A DNA stretch of 64,000 bases from an uncultured Enterobacterales bacterium. GTDB lineage: Bacteria > Myxococcota_A > UBA796 > JAFGLY01. Where the stretch lies: assembly GCA_964512185.1 (NCBI GenBank), contig CAZEJJ010000016.1:64-64063 (forward strand). The letters are read 5' to 3'. Under the pieces are notes generated by a model that had not been told where the DNA came from, ran no database searches, and worked only from the letters and a program-made list of their open reading frames with translations. Shown in pieces: positions 56,884 to 64,000 of this stretch; positions within the stretch are counted from its first letter, which is position 1; the number at the start of each line of letters is the position of its first letter. Both the position numbers and the translations under genes were made by a program.

Positions 56884-58956
56884 CTAGGGTTCTTTGGGTT
56901 CCATCACCTGCTGACCCAGCACCACGGTGCGGGTCTCGCCGGGATCGAGCTGCACCGACAGCTCGATGGACTTCAACTGCTCGTGCTCTACCCGCAGCTG
57001 GTGCTCGCTGCCCGGTTCGAGCTCCAGCTCGTAAGCGGGGCCACCCTGCTGCTCGCGCCCATCCAGGAGCAGGCGTGCCCCTGCGGGGACCGACAGCTGC
57101 AGGGTGCCGGGACCCGAAGGCGCCGGAGCCGCCAGCTCGGGGTCGCTGAGCGCGGAGGAGACCACGAAGCCCACCAGGCAGCCCAGAAGCAGGCCCAGGA
57201 TCAGGGTGAACAGGGCGCCGGCCAGGTAGGCCAGGTGGCTGCGCAGGGGGATGCGCCCGGGCTGGGTCGGCGCGACCGGGGTCTGCACCGGGGCTGCGGG
57301 GACGGGGGCCCTTGTTGAGCGCCGCGGAGGGGGCGCGCTGATGGGTGGAGCCGGGCCCGGGCGCTCCGCAGGGGGTGGGTAGCTGCGCTGGGTGGGTGGG
57401 GCTGGTGGCTGGTGGTAGCGCTCGGCGGCGGGTGGCGGCCTGGGCGCGACCCGGGGAGCTTCTTCGGAGGCAAGGTCCAGATCGTCTATGACGGGCTCAC
57501 CCGCCACGGTGGGGCGTTCCAGATCGGCCCGCGCCAGGGTGGGGCGGTCCAGGAAGGCGGAATCCTGTTCCTCGGCCGTGATCCCGAAGGCGGGGGCCGC
57601 GGCGGGATCTTCCACGGGTTCGGCGGGGAAGCTGTATGCGGGCTTGCGCTTGATCTGTGTGTCCAGCTCCCCCATGTCTCCGCCGTCGAGCAGCGGGTTG
57701 GCGCGGATCAGCGTCGCGGCCTCGGACAGCCCCACCTGGCCGCCGAAGCTGCCGACGGCGTTGGGGTCCGGGATGCGCCGGAGCATGGTGGCGGCTTCGT
57801 GGATGGAGGCCGCGGGGGAGGGCGCCGCCGTGGGGCGTGGAGCCTTCGGCTTGAAGGGCGACACCCGGCTCAGGGGGTTCTCCTTCACCACCGTCGGCAG
57901 GATGTCCTCGTCGAAGTCGTCTATGGGAGGCGGCGCGTTGGCGGCGAGCCCGCCCGTGGGGCGATCCAGCGGACGGGTGGGAGCGTCGGTTCGCTGCGCC
58001 TTGTTCCGCCGGGCCTTCTGTTCGGGGAACAAGCCCTTGAGGAAGGCCGCCAGGGTGGACTGGGTGAAGATGAACTCGGACTCGTGGAAGAAGCGGTCCA
58101 GCTCTTCCTTGAACGCCGTGGGCGTGGGGTAGCGTTCCTTGGGATCCAGGGTGAGGGCCCGCGAGATGACATCGTCCAGCTGGGGTGGGATGTCCATGTT
58201 CACGAAGGAAGCGGGCTCGAAGCTGCTGCTTCGGACCGCTTCGAGCGTGGCCATGTCGGTGTCCTTGCGGAAGGGGTGGTCCCCCACCAGCATCTCGTAG
58301 AAGACGATGCCCAGGCTGAACAGATCGCTCTGTTGGGAGGCGGTGCGGCCGTCAGCCTGCTCGGGGGTGAGGTAGTCGAAGCGGCCCTTGACCACCCCGT
58401 CAACGGTCTCCAGGGCCTTGATGCTGGCCTTGGACATCCCGAAGTCGGTGATCTTCACCTCACCCTGCTTGCTGATCAGGATGTTGGACGGTGAGATGTC
58501 GCGGTGCACGATGTCGAGGGGCACCGGGCGTCCGTCGCGCATCACCTGGCGGTTGTGGGCGTACTCGAGGCCCTTGAGCACCTCGATGCAGATGAAGACC
58601 GCGTGAGGCACCGGCAGGGTGATGCCCTTTTCCAGGCAGCGCTTCATCACCTTGCCCAGGTCGTGCCCGGACACGAATTCCATGGCGATGAAGTAGTGGT
58701 CGTCGATGTTCCCCAGGTCGAGGATCTGCACGATGTTGGCGTGGGACAGCAGGCCCGCCACCTTGGCTTCGTCCACCAGCAGATCGACGAATTCGGGGTT
58801 GCGGGACAGGCCGGGCAGGATCCGCTTGATGGCGAAGGTGCGGTGGAAGCCACCGATGCCATCCAGACGCGCCTTGAAGATCTCCGCCATGCCCCCGGAA
58901 GCGATGCGCTCCAGGATACGGTACTTGCCGAAAGAGGCGGGTGCCGGCTGGGTCAT
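56884..58956 (-). CDS. Membrane Ser/Thr protein kinase with a Pro-rich linker and PEGA-like C-terminus
   Basis: GGMAEIFKA, AIKRIL, HRDISPSN, DFG, YLTPEQ; one TM segment near the C-terminus. Confidence 0.93.
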   Translation of the reverse strand: MTQPAPASFGKYRILERIASGGMAEIFKARLDGIGGFHRTFAIKRILPGLSRNPEFVDLLVDEAKVAGLLSHANIVQILDLGNIDDHYFIAMEFVSGHDLGKVMKRCLEKGITLPVPHAVFICIEVLKGLEYAHNRQVMRDGRPVPLDIVHRDISPSNILISKQGEVKITDFGMSKASIKALETVDGVVKGRFDYLTPEQADGRTASQQSDLFSLGIVFYEMLVGDHPFRKDTDMATLEAVRSSSFEPASFVNMDIPPQLDDVISRALTLDPKERYPTPTAFKEELDRFFHESEFIFTQSTLAAFLKGLFPEQKARRNKAQRTDAPTRPLDRPTGGLAANAPPPIDDFDEDILPTVVKENPLSRVSPFKPKAPRPTAAPSPAASIHEAATMLRRIPDPNAVGSFGGQVGLSEAATLIRANPLLDGGDMGELDTQIKRKPAYSFPAEPVEDPAAAPAFGITAEEQDSAFLDRPTLARADLERPTVAGEPVIDDLDLASEEAPRVAPRPPPAAERYHQPPAPPTQRSYPPPAERPGPAPPISAPPPRRSTRAPVPAAPVQTPVAPTQPGRIPLRSHLAYLAGALFTLILGLLLGCLVGFVVSSALSDPELAAPAPSGPGTLQLSVPAGARLLLDGREQQGGPAYELELEPGSEHQLRVEHEQLKSIELSVQLDPGETRTVVLGQQVMEPKEP

Positions 58957-59138
58957 GGTGTGCTTGCCGCCCTGCGCCCCGGCCAGGAAACGGACCTGGC
59001 CGGGCGAGCGGCAAGCTTAGCGCATTCCTCGACAAGCGGCCGCCATGCGACGGAAAGGTCTCGGCAGCGCTGGGGCAGTGGTGTCGCAGTCCTGGTGAAC
59101 CTGTGCCCCGGTGGTGCCGTGTACCAGGGCATTCTGTC

Positions 59139-59182
59139 TGTGGAAAAAACTATGGAAGAGTGATGGAATCGGCTGTGGAAAG
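59139..59182. promoter_or_regulatory. Second array of oriC-like TGTGGAA boxes upstream of the flp pilins
   Basis: TGTGGAAAA 59139, TATGGAAGA 59151, GATGGAATC 59162, TGTGGAAAG 59174. Confidence 0.5.
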
Positions 59183-59317
59183 TGCCCCCGACCGGCCGAG
59201 AGTGCTATCCCCTGTGGGCTGGGTGGCGAGCGCGTCGGGCCGTGGCGGTGAAAGCGCTGCAGGTTGGCCCGGGTCTTGCTACTCTCAGGTACAGACCCCC
59301 TCCTGGAGGCGTGGCTC

Positions 59318-59515
59318 ATGTTCCCGGCCCGCAGTCGTAAAGGTCAGAGCACCACCGAGTACATGCTCCTGATCGCCGTGATCATCATCGCCATCGTCGC
59401 GGCCGCCTATGTGTTCATCGATCCCTTCCAGGAAGGCGTGCACAACCTGGCACTCGACATCTCTGAGATCCTCGACACCGGCGAGGTCGTTGGCACCGGC
59501 TCAGCCAGGAATTGA
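59318..59515 (+). CDS. Flp family type IVb pilin 1
   Basis: RKGQSTTEYMLLIAVIIIAIV; GGAGG upstream. Confidence 0.85.
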   Translation: MFPARSRKGQSTTEYMLLIAVIIIAIVAAAYVFIDPFQEGVHNLALDISEILDTGEVVGTGSARN

Positions 59516-59517
59516 CC

Positions 59518-59688
59518 ATGCGTCCACTGCTGTCCCGTCGTCGTCGCCAAGGCCAGACCATGGTGGAGTACGTCCTGGTGGTCGCCGTCATCGGAGTGGC
59601 GCTGGCGGTGGGATTCATCGCCTTCGGCGAGACGGCGCGCGGAGTCTTCGACAACGTCCGGCGCACTGTCCAGATGCCCTACCCGTAG
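59518..59688 (+). CDS. Flp family type IVb pilin 2 (56 aa, below the ORF-track cutoff)
   Basis: MRPLLSRRRRQGQTMVEYVLVVAVIGVALAVGFIAFGETARGVFDNVRRTVQMPYP. Confidence 0.85.
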   Translation: MRPLLSRRRRQGQTMVEYVLVVAVIGVALAVGFIAFGETARGVFDNVRRTVQMPYP

Positions 59689-59698
59689 CGGGAGGGGC

Positions 59699-60241
59699 AT
59701 GTCCTTCCTCTCCACCCTCACCCCCGCCGATGCCATGGTGGCGGGCTTGCTGTGCGTGGCGGTGTACACCGACCTGCGCAGCCGCAAGGTGCCCAATGTG
59801 CTCACCTTCGGCACCATGGCGGCGGCGCTGGTGGTGCACCCGGTGGTGGCCTGCTCGCGGGCTGGCCTCGAGGGTCTCTTCCCTGCTGTACTGGTGGTGC
59901 TGGCGGGCATCGGCGTCGCCTTCGTGCCTGGCTTCATCATGTGGAACCTGGGTGGCGCCATGAAGGCTGGCGACGCCAAGCTGCTCATGGCCATGGGCGC
60001 CATCCTGGGCCCCTTCGACGTCCTGCGCGTCTTCCTCACCACACTGCTGGTGGAGATCCCCATCGGCATCGTGCAGCTGGTGCGCGCGGGCAAGCTGCGC
60101 TCCTTCTTCTCCGTGATCAAGGCGGGGGTCACCCGTCGCGATGATGGACCGAAGCCCCTGGTGGCCCCCTTCGCCGGGGTGATCGCCATCGGCTACCTGG
60201 TCTCCCGGATCTTCCCCCAGCTCTTCGGGTTCTGGTCATGA
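59699..60241 (+). CDS. cpaA: Prepilin peptidase CpaA/TadV (A24 family)
   Basis: YTDLRSRKVPN, GAMKAGDAKLLMAMG, PFAGVI. Confidence 0.88.
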   Translation: MSFLSTLTPADAMVAGLLCVAVYTDLRSRKVPNVLTFGTMAAALVVHPVVACSRAGLEGLFPAVLVVLAGIGVAFVPGFIMWNLGGAMKAGDAKLLMAMGAILGPFDVLRVFLTTLLVEIPIGIVQLVRAGKLRSFFSVIKAGVTRRDDGPKPLVAPFAGVIAIGYLVSRIFPQLFGFWS

Positions 60242-60477
60242 CAACGATCTCCAGCCGTCCTTCGCTGCCTCCCCTCACCCTGCTGCGCGCCTCCACGTCC
60301 CGCCGCGGCCAGAGCATGGTGGAGTACGTCCTGGTTGTCTCGGTGCTGGCCATCGCCATGGTGGCGGCGGGCTACGCCTTCCTGGGTCCTTTCTGGGAGG
60401 GCTACGAGGGCATGACTGAGGACGCCGGCACCGTGTTGCAGTCCGGCACTCGCGATGGCTCCAACAACCGGCGCTAG
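60238..60477 (+). CDS. Flp family pilin/pseudopilin 3
   Basis: RRGQSMVEYVLVVSVLAIAMV. Confidence 0.8.
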   Translation: MTTISSRPSLPPLTLLRASTSRRGQSMVEYVLVVSVLAIAMVAAGYAFLGPFWEGYEGMTEDAGTVLQSGTRDGSNNRR

Positions 60478-60728
60478 CACTCCCGCTGGTCGCCTGGGCC
60501 CCCCTGTCAGCTACGAATCGAATTATTGACCGTTCAAGGCATGTTCACAGCCGAAGCGATGACCTCTCTCCCTTGGTGTGAGCCGCCCAGCTCGCGGCGC
60601 GGCTGTCTTATGGTCGCTCGGCTCTGGTATTCTCTGTCGTCGGGCGCGGGCCCTGGTTCCGGTGGCCTCGCCCCTCCGATCCGGCTTCTCAGCCGGAGTC
60701 CTGGAAATTTTGCCCAGCGGGAGGTTCC

Positions 60729-61577
60729 TTGAAGAACCCGCGCGCACTCATCGTTGCCCTGATCGTCGCTATGATCGCCTCGCTAGCCCAGTGGCGCTAC
60801 GTGGCCAAGCGCGAGAAGGAGCTCCTCTGGCAGTCCGAGCCCCTGCCCACCCTGGTGGCGGTGCGCAACATCCCGGCGCACTTCAAGCTCGACGAGACCA
60901 TGGTCCAGGTCATCGATGTGCCCCGAAAGTGGCGCCAGCCCAAGGCCCTGTCCTCTGTCGAGGACATCCTGGGGCAGATCACCGCCGATCCCATCCTCGA
61001 GACCGAGCAGGTGGTGTCCACCAAGCTGGTGCGCGCCGACGATGCCGGGCTGGCCTACTTCGTCCAGAAGAAGCACCGGGCCGTCTCCATCGCGGTAGAC
61101 AGCATCACCGCGGTGGGCGGGCACCTCAAGCCCGGCAACTATGTCGACCTCATCGGCACCTTCGACTTCGGCCAGGGTGACAAGTCCGACATGCGCACCG
61201 TCACGCTGTTCCAGAACGTGCGCGTGCTGGCGGTGGGCGCCGACATCGGCCGGCCCACCTCGGCCACCATCATGACCTCCGCCGATCTGAACGAAGACGG
61301 CGAGGCCCCCGACCTGTTCGGGGCCAAGCGGCGCCAGGCGGTCAAGGCCTCCAACGACGCCCGCACCGTCACCCTGGAGCTCACCCCCAACGAGTCCCAG
61401 AAGCTGATCCTGGCACAAGAGCTGGGCGGCCTGAACCTCAGCCTGCGCTCCCTGTGGGAGGCGGATCGCTTCGTGGAGCTGGAGCACTCCACCATCCACT
61501 CCACCCTCGGGATCCCCCAGCAGGTGCGCTACTCACCCAAGCCGCGCTACCGCCTGATCCAGTCCGGAGGGTTCTAG
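60729..61577 (+). CDS. cpaB: Flp pilus assembly protein CpaB/RcpC
   Basis: SAF-like LVAVRNIP, RAVSIAVD, GGHLKPGNYVD, FQNVRVLAVG, VTLELTP. Confidence 0.9.
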   Translation: MKNPRALIVALIVAMIASLAQWRYVAKREKELLWQSEPLPTLVAVRNIPAHFKLDETMVQVIDVPRKWRQPKALSSVEDILGQITADPILETEQVVSTKLVRADDAGLAYFVQKKHRAVSIAVDSITAVGGHLKPGNYVDLIGTFDFGQGDKSDMRTVTLFQNVRVLAVGADIGRPTSATIMTSADLNEDGEAPDLFGAKRRQAVKASNDARTVTLELTPNESQKLILAQELGGLNLSLRSLWEADRFVELEHSTIHSTLGIPQQVRYSPKPRYRLIQSGGF

Positions 61578-61578
61578 G

Positions 61579-63015
61579 ATGCACCCTCGCCGCCTCCTGC
61601 CCCTGCTCTTTGCACTGCTCGCGCTGCTGTGGCTCCCCCAGCTCGCCCAGGCCGACGAGGACAACATCGGCGACCAGGTCGTGGTGGTCTCCAACCAGAT
61701 CGCCATCGACGTGCCCTACACCTACGGTGACGTCTCCGGCGGCTCCGCCGAGCTCATCCGGGTCATCCCGCTGCGCGACTCCCAGCAGCTGCTGGTGGCT
61801 GGACGCAAGGCCGGCACCACCAACATCATCGTCTACGATACCTCCGGTGTGCGCCGCGACGAGTTCGAGGTCACGGTCATCCCGGCCAACCTCTCCCGCG
61901 TCATGACCAACGTGCGCGAGCTGCTCGACGACGTCGAAGGCCTGCAGTTCAGGGTCATCAACGACCGGGTGTACGTGCAGGGCGAGGTCTCGCTCGACGA
62001 GGATCTACAGCGGGTCAGCGCCCTGGCCGACCGCGAGCCGCTGGTGGTGTCCATGGTGCGGCTGTCGCCGGTCTCCCAGCGACTCCTGGCGGACCTCATC
62101 CAGAAGGAGATCGGCGTGCCCGGCGTACAGGTGCGGCTGGTCTCCGACAAGATCCTGCTCGAGGGCGTGGTGCACTCCGCCACCGCCTCCGATCGGGCCG
62201 AGGCCATCGCCCGCGCCTACTACAACAACGTCATCAACGTGCTGGAGATCCGCGAGGCCGAGCGCATCCCCGGCCGCACCGACACCGTTGTCATCGTGGT
62301 GCACTTCGTGGAGCTCACCAAGAGCCTGGTGGACTCCTGGGGCCTGCAGTGGTCCCCCCTGGCCACCGAGAGCGGGGTGGAGTTCTACTTCCAGGCCCCC
62401 TACGACTCCGCCGAGGGCTGGGGAGACGTCACCGGCTACGCCCAGGCCACCCTGTACGGCCTGCTGCCGCGCCTCGATCGGGCGCGCACCTCCGGCTACG
62501 CCCGGGTCATGGAGAACCCCTCGGTGGCGGTCAAGAGCGCCGACACGGCCACCATCTTCTCGGGGGCCAAGGTGCCCTTCGCCGTCATGGGCCCCAGCGG
62601 GCAGATCACCGTGCAGTACGAAGAGGTGGGCGTCACCCTCGACGTCACCCCCTTCGCCCAGGGCAGCGACGTGGACATCTCCGTGTCGGTCGAAGTGAGC
62701 GCCCTGGGTGAGATCGCGCCCTCCGGCTACCAGATGATCGACACCTCCTCCATCACCACCACCGAGTACTGCAGGGCTGGAGAGAGCATCGTCATCGGTG
62801 GGCTGCAGCGGCTGTCGGATCGCATCGAGTACAACCGCATCCCCGAGGGCACCTCTGAGACGGGAACGCCCGTATTCACTCTCTACAAGAGCAAGGACTA
62901 CAAGAAGTCCAAGAGCCAGTTCCTGGTCTTCGTCACGCCGCAGGTCTACGAGAGCAGCACCCAGGCCAACCGCGATCTGCAGGACAAGTTCAACCTCATC
63001 GAGGTCCGCCAGTAG
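61579..63015 (+). CDS. cpaC: Flp pilus secretin CpaC/RcpA with BON-like domains
   Basis: Signal peptide, VAGRKAGTTNIIV, two BON-like segments, secretin core (ENPSVAVKS, VGVTLDVTP, IVIGGL, LVFVTP). Confidence 0.85.
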   Translation: MHPRRLLPLLFALLALLWLPQLAQADEDNIGDQVVVVSNQIAIDVPYTYGDVSGGSAELIRVIPLRDSQQLLVAGRKAGTTNIIVYDTSGVRRDEFEVTVIPANLSRVMTNVRELLDDVEGLQFRVINDRVYVQGEVSLDEDLQRVSALADREPLVVSMVRLSPVSQRLLADLIQKEIGVPGVQVRLVSDKILLEGVVHSATASDRAEAIARAYYNNVINVLEIREAERIPGRTDTVVIVVHFVELTKSLVDSWGLQWSPLATESGVEFYFQAPYDSAEGWGDVTGYAQATLYGLLPRLDRARTSGYARVMENPSVAVKSADTATIFSGAKVPFAVMGPSGQITVQYEEVGVTLDVTPFAQGSDVDISVSVEVSALGEIAPSGYQMIDTSSITTTEYCRAGESIVIGGLQRLSDRIEYNRIPEGTSETGTPVFTLYKSKDYKKSKSQFLVFVTPQVYESSTQANRDLQDKFNLIEVRQ

Positions 63016-63023
63016 GCGTCACC

Positions 63024-64000
63024 ATGGCCCGCGCTCCCGCACGCATCATCGCAGTGGGCGGCGCCCGCGACGGCGTCGGCAAGAGCAGCTTCGTGGTCAA
63101 CGCAGCCATGTCGCTGCGCAAGGAGACCCAGGCCTCGGTGCTCATCGTGGAGGCGGATCCCGAGGGCGCCGGTGACATCTCTGCCCTGCTGGGCATGAAG
63201 CCCGGCCGCGGCGTGGTGGAGCTGGAGCCCTACCTGGCCAAGCTCGACACCAAGGCCATGTCCCAGCAGATCGGCGTGCACTCCACCGGGGTGGGCTTCC
63301 TGCCGCTGGCGCCGGATCCCGGCACCGCCCGCAAGGTCAATCCCGAAGTGTTCGTGCGGCTGGTGGAGCTGGTCAAGCCCCTGTGCGACTTCGTGGTGGT
63401 GGACTGTGGCGTCGACGCCAACCCCCTGAACGTCACCATGATGGAGCAGTCGTCGGGCATCTTCCTGATGGCCACGCCTGATGTGCTGGTGCTCAACCAC
63501 ACCCGGCGCCTGGTGGAGCGGCTGCAGTCGCTGCACTTCCCTGCTCAGCTCATCAAGGTGATCCTCAACCGCTACGACCTGAACTCCGGCATCCCCCTGG
63601 AGCTGATCACCCAGAAGCTCCAGCGCCCGGTGCTGGTCACCCTCACCCAGGACGACCCCGCCTGCCAGACCGCCCAGCTGCAGGGCCAGCCCTTCGTGGC
63701 CCACCAGCCGCGAGCGCGCATCACGCGCAACTACGACGAGTTCATCATCAAGCTGCTCGAGTCCGGCACCCTGGACGCCATGGGCCAGGTGGAGCGGCCG
63801 CGGGGCATCAGGATCGAGGGTGGGCGCATCATCGGGCTCGACGAGGAGAGCTCGCGCCAGGCAGCGCAGATCGGCCAGTGGATGAAGACCCGCGGCTCCA
63901 AGGCGCGCCGTGGGCGCAAGACCATCGATCCGCGCACCGCCCTCAAGATGGTCATCCACAAGCGCCTGGTCGAGGTCATCGACCTCAAGAAGCTCAACAA
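63024..64000 (+). CDS. CpaE/TadZ-like ATPase continuing into a CpaF/TadA-like N-terminus (truncated by the window end)
   Basis: Manual translation: IIAVGGARDGVGKS, FVVVDCG, MATPDV, ILNRY, then RTALKMVIHKRLVEVIDLKKL, with no stop before 64000. Confidence 0.8.
   Translation, partial: MARAPARIIAVGGARDGVGKSSFVVNAAMSLRKETQASVLIVEADPEGAGDISALLGMKPGRGVVELEPYLAKLDTKAMSQQIGVHSTGVGFLPLAPDPGTARKVNPEVFVRLVELVKPLCDFVVVDCGVDANPLNVTMMEQSSGIFLMATPDVLVLNHTRRLVERLQSLHFPAQLIKVILNRYDLNSGIPLELITQKLQRPVLVTLTQDDPACQTAQLQGQPFVAHQPRARITRNYDEFIIKLLESGTLDAMGQVERPRGIRIEGGRIIGLDEESSRQAAQIGQWMKTRGSKARRGRKTIDPRTALKMVIHKRLVEVIDLKKLN

Noticed and set aside
60520-60560. Possible sigma-28 promoter upstream of cpaB (TCAAG...GCCGAAGC)
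   Set aside because: The spacing (11 nt) and the -10 sequence do not fit the pattern seen upstream of fliA

Overview
High-GC bacterial chromosome segment spanning the replication origin. The gene content (J-domain/TPR protein, Ser/Thr kinase with a Pro-rich linker, gshB, Tad pilus) looks Myxococcota/Deltaproteobacteria-like; this taxonomy is inference. 1-22 kb is an accessory envelope-modification island: four catalytically intact SGNH proteins, three GT-C/YfhO-like polytopic membrane proteins, two lipoproteins sharing an unnamed domain (one fused to a SAM methyltransferase), a TauB/TauC-type ABC pair with no binding protein, an EamA transporter, a HemN-like radical SAM enzyme and a membrane/spermidine-synthase-like fusion. 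A decayed nuclease/ATPase islet interrupts it at 12.4-14.2 kb. 22-39 kb is a mixed region: ECF sigma factor with a putative anti-sigma, adenosine deaminase, orphan CpaF, J-domain protein, NAD kinase, MMPL transporter, FliA/WhiG sigma factor, rlmD, LysM, TPR and gshB. 39.6-51.7 kb is the conserved mnmE-jag-yidC-yidD-rnpA-rpmH / dnaA-oriC-dnaN-recF-gyrB block. It is followed by an ArsA pair, a DPPR-synthase-like UbiA, a Ser/Thr kinase and the start of a Tad/Flp pilus cluster with three pilins and a probable CpaE-CpaF fusion. Non-coding highlights: two families of ~230-bp miniature elements sitting at (C)TAG stop codons; an oriC array of non-canonical DnaA boxes with ~12-bp period, paired with a substituted DnaA recognition motif; a second such array upstream of the flp pilins; and two sigma-28-type promoters upstream of the sigma-28 gene. 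No rRNA, tRNA or CRISPR array was seen. All calls come from manual motif reading with no database searches.
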